A stretch of 64,000 nucleotides of DNA from a virus. Below, piece after piece: positions 47,830 through 56,609 of the stretch. How positions within the stretch are numbered: the stretch's first letter is position 1; each line of letters opens with the position of its first letter. The translations under genes and the position numbers were made by a program. The notes under the pieces are model-generated. The model had not been told where the DNA came from. It saw nothing but the letters and a program-made list of their open reading frames with translations, and made no database searches. The stretch is taken from positions 32,001 to 96,000 of IMG/VR virus record IMGVR_UViG_3300035696_000016. The stretch is one strand, 5' to 3'.

Positions 47830-48213
47830 TTTTATTAATTTTCGTGTCTCATTAGTTAGTTCGACAAATTCATCGGACAAACGTTCAAATACGAGCCATT
47901 TTTTATTAGTTAATTTATAGCAAGAGTAATAACTTAATTGACCAATAGTATAATAGTAATCTTTTGATGCATTATTCAAAAACTCGGGACACAGCGTTTC
48001 TGCCCAAAACAGCCAGTCAGCGATATTATTTAATTTTTGGAATGATTGCTGATTTTTTGCTTCCGCGTATATTAGCGTGATAGAGCCTAACTTGGATAGG
48101 TCATCAGTGGCAGTTTTATATTTTGTGAAAATCCCGGTGATGTATGCTCGTGTCGTTGGATCACAGTCAAGATTTTCAAGTCTTTCTTCGAAGAAGGAAG
48201 ATAGATTAATCAT
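47803..48213 (-). CDS. conserved helical hypothetical protein
   Basis: ORF track; ATAA-N4-GCAT motif 7 nt upstream. Confidence 0.65.
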   Translation of the reverse strand: MINLSSFFEERLENLDCDPTTRAYITGIFTKYKTATDDLSKLGSITLIYAEAKNQQSFQKLNNIADWLFWAETLCPEFLNNASKDYYYTIGQLSYYSCYKLTNKKWLVFERLSDEFVELTNETRKLIKLNQQQNLI

Positions 48214-48230
48214 TAATTATATGCGGAATT

Positions 48231-48545
48231 ATGAATAGATCGTATTTAGAACCATATAGACAAAGTCATCATAAGTCTAATGAAGAGAATTATTCTATTG
48301 GTCGATATTTATTAAATGATAAAAGTATGTTTCCCATACCGATTGCCCGTATTGCACGATCTCGTTTAACCAAATTATGGGGATGGGAATATCAAGATAT
48401 CGACGGTAAATGCGAACCCATGTGGATTTACGATCTTCCCGATAGGATAGAAGAATTAAAAGAAAAGATGGATCGTAAGTTGATTGAATGTGGATATATT
48501 TTATTGACGCAGGAACAATGCGAGAAATTTAAGTTATTGATATGA
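48231..48545 (+). CDS. paralog family A, tag EKFKLLI
   Basis: YLEPY...MDRKLIECGYILLTQEQ. Confidence 0.7.
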   Translation: MNRSYLEPYRQSHHKSNEENYSIGRYLLNDKSMFPIPIARIARSRLTKLWGWEYQDIDGKCEPMWIYDLPDRIEELKEKMDRKLIECGYILLTQEQCEKFKLLI

Positions 48546-48590
48546 AAAACCCTATAAAATAGGCATATTTTTGTATTTTACTGAGGTAAA

Positions 48591-49509
48591 ATGGAAGAAA
48601 AAAAGCTGATTAAATGTATAGATTGTCATCAAGAAAAAAATCAAGAAGATTTTGCTCCGTCAAATATAAAAAAAACATTTTTTCGTATGTAGAGCGTGTA
48701 AGTCAATTAGAAATAAAATTTATAATAAAGAAAACGAATATTCCGTAAAAGAATATTATAAGCAATATTATGCTGATCATAAAGATCAAGTAAAAGAATA
48801 TCATCATAATTATTATGAATCTAATAGAAATATTGTTTTAGAGAAAACCAAAAAATACAATGAAGATCATGCGGAAGAGGTTAGGGTTAGAAAACGAAAA
48901 TGGCGCGTGGCTAATGCTGAAAAATTGAAAATTTATGGTCATATCTATTATATAGAGAACAAAGAAAAATTAGATAAGCAAAATAAAGAACGCGCAGATC
49001 GTAATAAAGAAGAAAAACGATTATATGATATAGAATATAGAAAAAATAATGAAGATAAAATAAGAAAAGATAAAAATGAATACGCTAAAAATAGAAGAAA
49101 TACGGATCCTATTTTTAAATGTAAGTCATATGTATCAAGACAGATTAGTAGTATGTTAAATAAACTCGGTTCATCTAAGGACGGTTATTCTTGTTGGGGA
49201 AGACTTCCATATGAACCAAAAGATTTAATGGATCATTTAGAAAAACAGTTTTCAGATCCAGAAAATTTAACACCAGATGGCAAAGTATGGATGACACGAC
49301 TTAATCGTGGCAGATATAATAAAAAAACTTGGGATGAGCAGGATCCTACTACTTGGAGATGGCACATAGATCACATAGAGCCACATTCGAGTTTCCCGTA
49401 CGATAGTATGGATCATCCTAATTTTCAAAAGGCGTGGGCATTAAGTAATTTACGCCCACTTCGTGCAGATAAAAATATAGAAAAGGGTGCTAAAAGCATT
49501 AAGATATAA
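48591..49509 (+). pseudogene. HNH homing endonuclease split by a +1 frameshift at 48668-48683 (A8-CA-T6)
   Basis: ATG 48591 (SD GAGG) frame gives CIDC...FAPSNIKKT then TAG 48690; +1 frame continues CRAC... into ORF 48907 with WHIDHIEP, NLRPL...N. Confidence 0.75.
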
Positions 49510-49510
49510 A

Positions 49511-51283
49511 ATGAAATCATTGGTAATTGTGGAAAGTCCATCAAAAATTAAAAAAATAAAAGAGATATTAGGTGATGAGTATGAAATACTTGCCAGTTTT
49601 GGACATGTAAAAGATCTCGCTTCCGGAAATAAGCACGGCATAGGGATCGATATCGAAAATAATTTTCGACCTCATTACGTTTTGCTCAAAGATAAAATTG
49701 AGGTAATTGATAATATAATCAATGCTTCGTGTGAGTGTAATGAAATACTATTATGCACGGACGCAGATAGAGAGGGTGAAAAAATTAGTGCCGATGTCGC
49801 CGATATTTTAAAATCCACAGGCAAGCCAATTTTTAGGGCAGTATTTAATGAAATAACTAAGTCCGGTATAGAAAAAGGAATAAAAGAAAAGCACGCAATA
49901 GATGCTAATATGGTAAGGGCTCAGGAAGCAAGACGCGTCCTCGATCGTATCGTTGGATTTACCGTTTCACCATATCTAATGACTGCGTATGCTAATAATC
50001 TTTCGGCGGGAAGAGTTCAATCAGTGGCAACACGCTTAATATCAGACAGAGAAGCCGAGATCGACGCATTTAAACCAGAAGAATATTGGACTTGTGGTAT
50101 AAAATTGCAAACTCAATCACGAGAGATATTTTCAGCCAAGTATGATGGCAAGATTAAAAATAAAGATCAGTCAGATAAATTAGTTTCTTTTATACAAGAA
50201 AATAAGCACTTCGTTGTATCAAAGGTTGTTTCCAAACAGGTTAAAGAGAAACCGCCAGCACCACTTATAACTTCCTCGTTGCAACAAGTAATGGCAAAAC
50301 GTGGTTGGGAACCAGAGAAATGTATGAGCGTTGCCCAAGGGTTATATGAGAACGGAGTAATTACATACATCCGTACAGATGCAACATCGATGGCAGAAGA
50401 AGCGATTGCCGACATTAGAAAATGGATCAAAGACAATAATTACGATCTACCCAAAACCAAAAATATTCATGCAACGAAAGAAACAGCGCAGGCGGCACAC
50501 GAAGCGATTCGCCCTACAAACATAAACGCATTACCCGATAGTGGCTATATGAGTGGTGATGAAAAAGAATTATATTCAGTTATATGGCAATATGCTATTG
50601 CAAGTCAGATGACGCCAGCAATATGGAACACCTTAAACGTAAAAATCGTAAATAAAAACGATAATAAAATTGTTTTCAAGGCATCAGGAAAAGCGTTAGC
50701 AGATCATGGATATCTAAAAATATTCGGTGATGTTGATGCTGGCAAAATCGAAATACCCAATCTAATAGAAAAACAAGAATTGTTATTGGATGATAAATCT
50801 ATAAGAGCTGATCAAAAATATACACAGCCTCCGCCAAGATTTAATGATGCTTCGTTGCTAAAAGAATTAGAGCAAAAACAAATCGGAAGACCATCGACCT
50901 TTTCAGAAATTATTAAGAAAATATCAAATAGACATTATGTTGAGAAAACTAATAATACATATAAACCGACAGAATTGGGAAAACAAATAACTAATTGTCT
51001 ATCAGAATTATTTACATTTATGGATTATAGTTTTACTTCGAAGATCGAAGAAGAGTTAGATAAGATAGCAGAAGGTAAAATAACTCATACAGAAGTATTA
51101 AAACAGTTTTACGATATTTTTTCCAAAGAATTAGCAACAGCATATAGGAACAGGTTGGGCGATAAAGTTTTATGTAAAAAATGCAATCAAAATATGATTG
51201 AACGAGAAGGTAAGTTCGGAAAATTTAATGTATGTATAAATCCGGCGTGTAGAAGTATTGAAAATATAAAAATGGTGGCATAA
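49511..51283 (+). CDS. topA: type IA DNA topoisomerase I (ORF track starts at 49487)
   Basis: LVIVESPSK, GHVKDL, DADREGE, SAGRVQS, ITYIRTD, AHEAIRPT, GRPST, Zn ribbon. Confidence 0.97.
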   Translation: MKSLVIVESPSKIKKIKEILGDEYEILASFGHVKDLASGNKHGIGIDIENNFRPHYVLLKDKIEVIDNIINASCECNEILLCTDADREGEKISADVADILKSTGKPIFRAVFNEITKSGIEKGIKEKHAIDANMVRAQEARRVLDRIVGFTVSPYLMTAYANNLSAGRVQSVATRLISDREAEIDAFKPEEYWTCGIKLQTQSREIFSAKYDGKIKNKDQSDKLVSFIQENKHFVVSKVVSKQVKEKPPAPLITSSLQQVMAKRGWEPEKCMSVAQGLYENGVITYIRTDATSMAEEAIADIRKWIKDNNYDLPKTKNIHATKETAQAAHEAIRPTNINALPDSGYMSGDEKELYSVIWQYAIASQMTPAIWNTLNVKIVNKNDNKIVFKASGKALADHGYLKIFGDVDAGKIEIPNLIEKQELLLDDKSIRADQKYTQPPPRFNDASLLKELEQKQIGRPSTFSEIIKKISNRHYVEKTNNTYKPTELGKQITNCLSELFTFMDYSFTSKIEEELDKIAEGKITHTEVLKQFYDIFSKELATAYRNRLGDKVLCKKCNQNMIEREGKFGKFNVCINPACRSIENIKMVA

Positions 51284-51597
51284 TGAGTGATAAAATAATT
51301 TTAACGCCTTGGATGCGTCAGGAAGATTATTGTTATGAAAGGTTAGATTTTTTCCAAAAATATTATACTTGGAGAGGAAGAGTTAAACAAGGATATCATA
51401 TAAATTACCCTAAAAAATGGAGTTGGCGTTATTGGCATGTAGCAGAAAAACATGCCGACTATTATACTACCGATGATAATCAATTATTCGATACTCGTGA
51501 AGAGGCACAAGCATTCGTTGATCAAAAGCTAATTGAACAGGGACGGTATAAACTCTTAACAGAAGAAGAATACGAAAAACTTGCAATTTTAATTTAA
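51283..51597 (+). CDS. paralog family A, tag EKLAILI
   Basis: ILTPW...TREEAQAFVDQKLIEQGRYKLLTEEE. Confidence 0.7.
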   Translation: MSDKIILTPWMRQEDYCYERLDFFQKYYTWRGRVKQGYHINYPKKWSWRYWHVAEKHADYYTTDDNQLFDTREEAQAFVDQKLIEQGRYKLLTEEEYEKLAILI

Positions 51598-51643
51598 CGT
51601 GTTATATAATGACAAAGGAGCGTGTGCATACACACGTATATGA

Positions 51644-52006
51644 ATGAAGAAAACAAATAAAAAATACTCAAAAAAAGAAACATCACCTGAATTCGACTGG
51701 GAATATCTTAAACCGCTCCAAGTCGAAGTATATGGAAATAACTTCGATCGAGCATTCAAAACATTCCGCTCGCTTGTTCAAGCAGACGGTGTTCTTGCTA
51801 AATATAAAGAAAAACAGGCGTATGAAAAGCCTTCGGTTCGTTTGCGCCGTAAGCACGCAGAAACAATGCAACGATTATATGAAGAAAAAATCAAGGCAGA
51901 AAAAATTGCTTCCGGCGAATATGAAAAAGAAAAAATAAAGAAAGAAGCAAAGAAACAGAAACGTCGTCAGGAACGAGATGCAAAGAGGACAGAAGATGTC
52001 GGATAA
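51644..52006 (+). CDS. rpsU: 30S ribosomal protein bS21 homolog with N- and C-terminal extensions
   Basis: VEVYGNNFDRAFKTF...GVL...KEKQAYEKPSVRLRRK. Confidence 0.85.
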   Translation: MKKTNKKYSKKETSPEFDWEYLKPLQVEVYGNNFDRAFKTFRSLVQADGVLAKYKEKQAYEKPSVRLRRKHAETMQRLYEEKIKAEKIASGEYEKEKIKKEAKKQKRRQERDAKRTEDVG

Positions 52007-52538
52007 AGATGATGTAATCAAAAATCCTAACAGAAACAATAACTCTCAAATACCAGTATATGAGCCAGAATGGGTTAGATTAGGTAAAAAGCCAATTCAG
52101 ATTCAGATGCCAAGAAAAACCATCCCATTAGTTAAATCATCGAAAAATGATGAGAAACGTGATTTTTCATCATTAAATGGTGCCATTTTTGACGAGGAAG
52201 GAAAAGAGATAAAAGTTGAACAAGGGCATATCATTGATAATAATGATTATGTTTTTCCTCCTTCTATGACGAATAGTCATCAGGCACAACCAAAAACACA
52301 ACAAGAAGATCCAAAAAATGAACAAGAAACAGTCCAAGGTCAACCAAAAGTCGGTGAATATATATTGCTTGTATTAGGGAAAATTATTCATACAGGATCA
52401 ATAGATCAGATTGAAAGTGTTGCTAGAGCAATTTTATATGGAGAAAATGAACAATTTATTGATCAAGAAGTCAAGGTCGATGATATAGTAATATTGAAGC
52501 GTATTGGTATTAATGTAGGTATTTTTATAGATAGGTAA
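51996..52538 (+). CDS. hypothetical protein (ORF track starts at 51978)
   Basis: ORF track. Confidence 0.65.
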   Translation: MSDKDDVIKNPNRNNNSQIPVYEPEWVRLGKKPIQIQMPRKTIPLVKSSKNDEKRDFSSLNGAIFDEEGKEIKVEQGHIIDNNDYVFPPSMTNSHQAQPKTQQEDPKNEQETVQGQPKVGEYILLVLGKIIHTGSIDQIESVARAILYGENEQFIDQEVKVDDIVILKRIGINVGIFIDR

Positions 52539-52541
52539 TTA

Positions 52542-53240
52542 ATGGTTAATAATACAGAGCAGTTTAATCCAGATGGCTATTACAGAGAGCCGGAGCCTCG
52601 TAAAGCAACAGACATTCTTCTTGCATTAGAAAATAAGATAGATACGTTGCAAAAGCTTGTTTTTAATCAGGATATGTTGTTAAAATTAATTGCCGATAAA
52701 TCAAATAAAATATATGCATATATTAATGAATTACAAAAGGAATATAGTCAATCTGAACAAAATCAAGAGCAATTGGAAGATGATACGCCAAGGATTATTA
52801 ACATAACAAATAAAGATCAGATTGTAGAAGCAAAGAATATTGATATTGGTAGCCGTCGTATTAATCGGGTGCCGTCAGATGCACAAGTTCAGCAGCCAGC
52901 AATTATTGCAATTCCCAATACGCCATCAGAAAAAACGCAGCAGCCTTCCGTTTCAACAGGGAATAAAAAAGTTCCAGTAATTCAAAGAGTATCTGATCCG
53001 ACAGGTAAAGATTTATTTATGGCCACAGTTAATATACTAGATGAAAATGGTAATGAGATTCATAAAACTAAAACTAATGCAGCAGGTAAATGGCAAGCAA
53101 CACTTAAGCCCGGAGAATATGAAGTTAAAATAACTAAAACAGACACAACGTCTAAAAAGATATTAGAAGGAATACAGAAAATTAAAGTTCCAGCATCAAA
53201 TTCAACATTTACATTACCGGTTGTAATTATTCAGAGATAA
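52542..53240 (+). CDS. coiled-coil plus carboxypeptidase-regulatory-like (Ig-like) domain protein
   Basis: ATVNILDENG...TKTNAAGKW...LKPGEYEVKITK. Confidence 0.65.
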   Translation: MVNNTEQFNPDGYYREPEPRKATDILLALENKIDTLQKLVFNQDMLLKLIADKSNKIYAYINELQKEYSQSEQNQEQLEDDTPRIINITNKDQIVEAKNIDIGSRRINRVPSDAQVQQPAIIAIPNTPSEKTQQPSVSTGNKKVPVIQRVSDPTGKDLFMATVNILDENGNEIHKTKTNAAGKWQATLKPGEYEVKITKTDTTSKKILEGIQKIKVPASNSTFTLPVVIIQR

Positions 53241-53244
53241 TAAA

Positions 53245-53580
53245 ATGATTGATGGGTATTCAGACGCAAATAATGTTTTAGTTGAAAAATATGAAAAGAT
53301 GCAGGAACTTTTTGATACACAGATAAAAATCTCAAAAGAATTAGTTGATGTATCAGAAGAGTTGAAATTAGTTCCAGATATGCCAAAAGATTTAGAAAAA
53401 TGGATTGATAGTATACCAAATGAAAATAGTAAATTTAGATTGACAGATTTTAATAAATTGTTTAAGATTGGTAGAAAATACGAGAAACTGGTTGAAAAGC
53501 GAAAAGAAAACGATCAAAAAATAAAAATATTAGTGATTGATAATCTAATTGATAGAATAAATGAGATATTAGGAAAATGA
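53245..53580 (+). CDS. hypothetical coiled-coil protein
   Basis: ORF track. Confidence 0.6.
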   Translation: MIDGYSDANNVLVEKYEKMQELFDTQIKISKELVDVSEELKLVPDMPKDLEKWIDSIPNENSKFRLTDFNKLFKIGRKYEKLVEKRKENDQKIKILVIDNLIDRINEILGK

Positions 53581-54239
53581 AGTTTCAAGTTATAGTTTCA
53601 GACCCGCCGTGGGGTGCGTTCAAAGATAAATTAAAAATGTCAGATGTTAAACGCGGTGCCGAAGCGAATTACAATGGCACCATGAAGACTAATAGTATAT
53701 GTAATCTTCCAGTTAGTCAAATTGCTGATCCAAACGGATGTGTTCTCGCATTATGGGTTCCGTCATCAATTTTACAAGATGGTATGGATGTTATGAATGC
53801 GTGGGGATTTAAGCAAAAGCAAACATATGTATGGTGTAAATCAAAAAAAGAGACTTCGATTTATGAGTTATTGAATGTTGCAGGATTCCGCGATAAAGTA
53901 AAATATATAATGGAAAATCTATTGTCATTCGGTATGGGTAGATTATTCCGCCAATCACACGAGATATGTCTTATTGGTATCAATAATACAGGGATATATA
54001 AACAATTGGAAAATCATTCCCAGCGTTCGGTATCATTCGGACAAAACCTAAAACATTCAGCAAAACCAGAACATTTACAGGATTCACTCGATCGAATGTT
54101 TCCGTCGCCAAAAGATGGCTCAATTAATCGTCTCGAAATGTTCGCAAGACGTGAGCGAAAGGGATGGATTACGCTCGGAAATGAAATACCGCCATATGAG
54201 GATATAAGAGTATCATTAGAAAAATTAATCAATGGATAA
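53577..54239 (+). CDS. MT-A70-family N6-adenine methyltransferase
   Basis: VIVSDPPW, LALWV, WGF, GMG..FR..HE, HSAKP, RLEMFAR..R.GW..GNE. Confidence 0.92.
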   Translation: MKFQVIVSDPPWGAFKDKLKMSDVKRGAEANYNGTMKTNSICNLPVSQIADPNGCVLALWVPSSILQDGMDVMNAWGFKQKQTYVWCKSKKETSIYELLNVAGFRDKVKYIMENLLSFGMGRLFRQSHEICLIGINNTGIYKQLENHSQRSVSFGQNLKHSAKPEHLQDSLDRMFPSPKDGSINRLEMFARRERKGWITLGNEIPPYEDIRVSLEKLING

Positions 54240-54741
54240 CAAGAAAACATTACTGCTAAATTACACAGATGAAATTATTGCATTCATAAAAGAAAAGAAA
54301 GCACTAAGATTAGTGTATAAAGGAAAAGCGGACGTTATATCAGTATGGGAAAACATAAGGTTTCGTGTCAGCACGGGCGTTATGTGCTTACCGGCAGTAA
54401 TAAAACTTAAATATTATGTGTATCGCAAGTTTTCTAAAATAGTTTTCTCACGGTTAAATGTATTAAAAAGAGATAAGTATAGTTGTCAATATTGTGGTAA
54501 AGTCTTAAAATCAACATTAGCAACAATTGATCATGTTTTACCTAAGGCATTAGGTGGTCAATACACGTTCGAAAATTGTGTTGTTGCTTGTAAAAAGTGT
54601 AATTCAAAGAAAAGTAGTAAGACATTAGAAGAATCAGGAATGAAATTAATTAGAGAGCCATGTATCCCGTCCGAACATATGCATTATATGTCCGTCGAGG
54701 ATGGTTGGCATGACACTTGGAGTAAATATATTACAAAATAA
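54232..54741 (+). CDS. HNH endonuclease (McrA/HNH_5-like)
   Basis: RDKYSCQYCG, TIDHVLP..LGG, NCVVACKKCNSKK. Confidence 0.92.
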   Translation: MDNKKTLLLNYTDEIIAFIKEKKALRLVYKGKADVISVWENIRFRVSTGVMCLPAVIKLKYYVYRKFSKIVFSRLNVLKRDKYSCQYCGKVLKSTLATIDHVLPKALGGQYTFENCVVACKKCNSKKSSKTLEESGMKLIREPCIPSEHMHYMSVEDGWHDTWSKYITK

Positions 54742-54773
54742 AGGAAAATCTTAACTTAATAAATCAATAACTC

Positions 54774-54795
54774 GCCATCAATATATATTGATGGC
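54774..54795. promoter_or_regulatory. perfect 22-bp palindrome GCCATCAATATATATTGATGGC
   Basis: Self-complementary; about 30 nt upstream of the Lys-rich micro-gene. Confidence 0.75.
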
Positions 54796-54824
54796 AATTA
54801 ATGCCCTCAAAAAGGAGGTGATTC

Positions 54825-54908
54825 ATGGCTGCTAAAAAGACAAAGTCTACAAAGACTACAAAAACAAAAAAAAGTTCCCCTAAAAAAGGAAAAAAATCAA
54901 GCAAGTAA
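54825..54908 (+). CDS. 27-aa Lys/Ser/Thr-rich histone-H1-like peptide, absent from ORF track
   Basis: MAAKKTKSTKTTKTKKSSPKKGKKSSK; perfect SD AAGGAGGTG; terminator downstream. Confidence 0.75.
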   Translation: MAAKKTKSTKTTKTKKSSPKKGKKSSK

Positions 54909-54923
54909 TTGCTCGATAGCATG

Positions 54924-54962
54924 AATAGGACGCAATAGTAAAATGTTGCGTCCTATTTTTTT
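54924..54962 (+). terminator. rho-independent terminator
   Basis: AATAGGACGCAA / TTGCGTCCTATT 12-bp stem, 10-nt loop, T-tract. Confidence 0.85.
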
Positions 54963-54977
54963 ACATAGGTAAATAAT

Positions 54978-55199
54978 ATGTTTTGTCCATCATGTTCAAA
55001 ATTAGCAGTATTGGCAACACAAAGAACTTGTCTTCGTTGTCAGGGGAAAATACTTAATAACCTATCTTGTATATGTGATAAATGTTCGTCCGAAAACAAA
55101 ATGTGCTCAATATGTTTAAAAAGAATAACTAATAAATTGGACGCTAACAATAACTTAATAGTTCCGCGTGGCTGCAAAGCCTGCGGTGGTGGCAGGTAA
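54978..55199 (+). CDS. Cys-rich multi-Zn-finger protein
   Basis: Five CxxC pairs. Confidence 0.65.
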   Translation: MFCPSCSKLAVLATQRTCLRCQGKILNNLSCICDKCSSENKMCSICLKRITNKLDANNNLIVPRGCKACGGGR

Positions 55200-55256
55200 A
55201 AATTATTTTTTTCGTGGGTTGCGTAAATTAAAAGTTTTGATTAAATTAGCAGTAAG

Positions 55257-55778
55257 ATGATTATTACTGATGAAAAAATATTAAGGATGCCATGTTCTGA
55301 TGCTACTGAAAACGAAGTGGGAAGCATTGTAGAGCAATTAGAACGTGAGTTAGAATATAGTGGTCGTATGGGCAGACCCGGCATTGGACTATCAGCTATT
55401 CAAATAGGGATTCATAAAAATATTGCCATTGTTCGTGTAGATATTAATCATAGTGTTAATTTAGTGAATTGTAAAATTCAAAATAAATACGATGAATTTA
55501 AGTTTATGAAAGAAGGATGTCTATCGTTCCCTAATCTGGTTGGGGATACAGCCAGATATAATGAAATTCATATCACAGATAATTTAATGTATCCATATGC
55601 TATGATTTTAACTGGTATAATGGCAGTGGTTGCTCAACATGAAATAGATCACTGGAATAATCGTCTTTTACCAGATTTTATTTTACCAGAAGAAAAAAAA
55701 GTAAAATTGCGACCCAATGATATATGTTTTTGTGGATCTAAAATAAAATTTAAACGATGTCATGGAAAAGGAAAGTAG
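55257..55778 (+). CDS. def: peptide deformylase with C-terminal SEC-C motif
   Basis: GIGLSAIQIG, EGCLS, QHEIDH; RPNDICFCGSKIKFKRCHG. Confidence 0.92.
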   Translation: MIITDEKILRMPCSDATENEVGSIVEQLERELEYSGRMGRPGIGLSAIQIGIHKNIAIVRVDINHSVNLVNCKIQNKYDEFKFMKEGCLSFPNLVGDTARYNEIHITDNLMYPYAMILTGIMAVVAQHEIDHWNNRLLPDFILPEEKKVKLRPNDICFCGSKIKFKRCHGKGK

Positions 55779-55968
55779 AATGAATATAGGTAATAAAGAA
55801 GTAGATTTATTAATTGCTGATTTAATAATACGTGTTAATGCCATTGAACATATTTTAATAAGTAAAAATGTTTGCACAGCAGATGATCTACTTAAACAAG
55901 TTAAAGAAATATCTGAAAGCGTTGTTAAGTTTTTACAACAAAAACAAGAAAATGAAAATAAAAATTAA
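55762..55968 (+). CDS. hypothetical protein
   Basis: ORF track. Confidence 0.55.
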   Translation: MEKESRMNIGNKEVDLLIADLIIRVNAIEHILISKNVCTADDLLKQVKEISESVVKFLQQKQENENKN

Positions 55969-55971
55969 TAG

Positions 55972-56265
55972 ATGAAGTTTTTAACATCGGAAATTGAATT
56001 AAATATTAATAAAAAAGTTATATTATGTTTTTATTCTTCTGAATTATGCGATTCGATATCAGCTATGTTTTTTGATATTATATCAGAAATACAATCTAAT
56101 ATAGAAATATTATGTATAGATATTATATATTTTAATAATATTGGAAAAAGATTCGGAATAATAGAAATACCATCATTAATATTAATAGATAACGGAAAAG
56201 AATTAAATAGAATAACTGGTCTATTGTCTAAAAAAGATTTAGATTTATTTTTAAACAGGAAGTAA
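55972..56265 (+). CDS. thioredoxin-fold protein lacking CxxC
   Basis: VILCFY...FGIIEIPSLILIDNGKELNRITG. Confidence 0.65.
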   Translation: MKFLTSEIELNINKKVILCFYSSELCDSISAMFFDIISEIQSNIEILCIDIIYFNNIGKRFGIIEIPSLILIDNGKELNRITGLLSKKDLDLFLNRK

Positions 56266-56270
56266 TTGTT

Positions 56271-56609
56271 ATGAAGCCAAAAAAGGAGCAGAAAATGTCA
56301 GATAAGAAAATAGCAAGTCATTCATTACCACAATCAGCACAGCAAAAAACCCCGACAGAGGGTGATAAAATCTGGGATGAGATAAAAAATAAAGAAGTTT
56401 TAATGTTTGCAATTCCAAATCAAATAGTTAACAAATATTGTGAGCCAATTCCACTAGATCCATCAAAATGTTTTCTGAAATATAAAGTTTCAGCATTCAT
56501 ACCAGCGTTAGAGGTTGCCATAGGTGCAAATCAAAAAAACTCTAAATATAATTTAGAGGTTCAAGGCGATTATATTGTAGTTTCAAGGAATAATGTCATC
56601 GGTAAATAA
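56271..56609 (+). CDS. hypothetical protein
   Basis: ORF track; SD AAGGAG before internal Met. Confidence 0.65.
   Translation: MKPKKEQKMSDKKIASHSLPQSAQQKTPTEGDKIWDEIKNKEVLMFAIPNQIVNKYCEPIPLDPSKCFLKYKVSAFIPALEVAIGANQKNSKYNLEVQGDYIVVSRNNVIGK

Noticed and set aside
1318-51597. C-terminal tag explained only as a by-product of ATGA translational coupling or an AT-rich initiation enhancer
   Set aside because: The tag occurs before convergent genes and gaps, and coupled core genes lack it; not fully excluded without statistics
53577-54741. MT-A70 methyltransferase plus HNH as a restriction-modification pair
   Set aside because: Adjacency only; both families commonly occur alone in phages, and this HNH type shows no specificity domain
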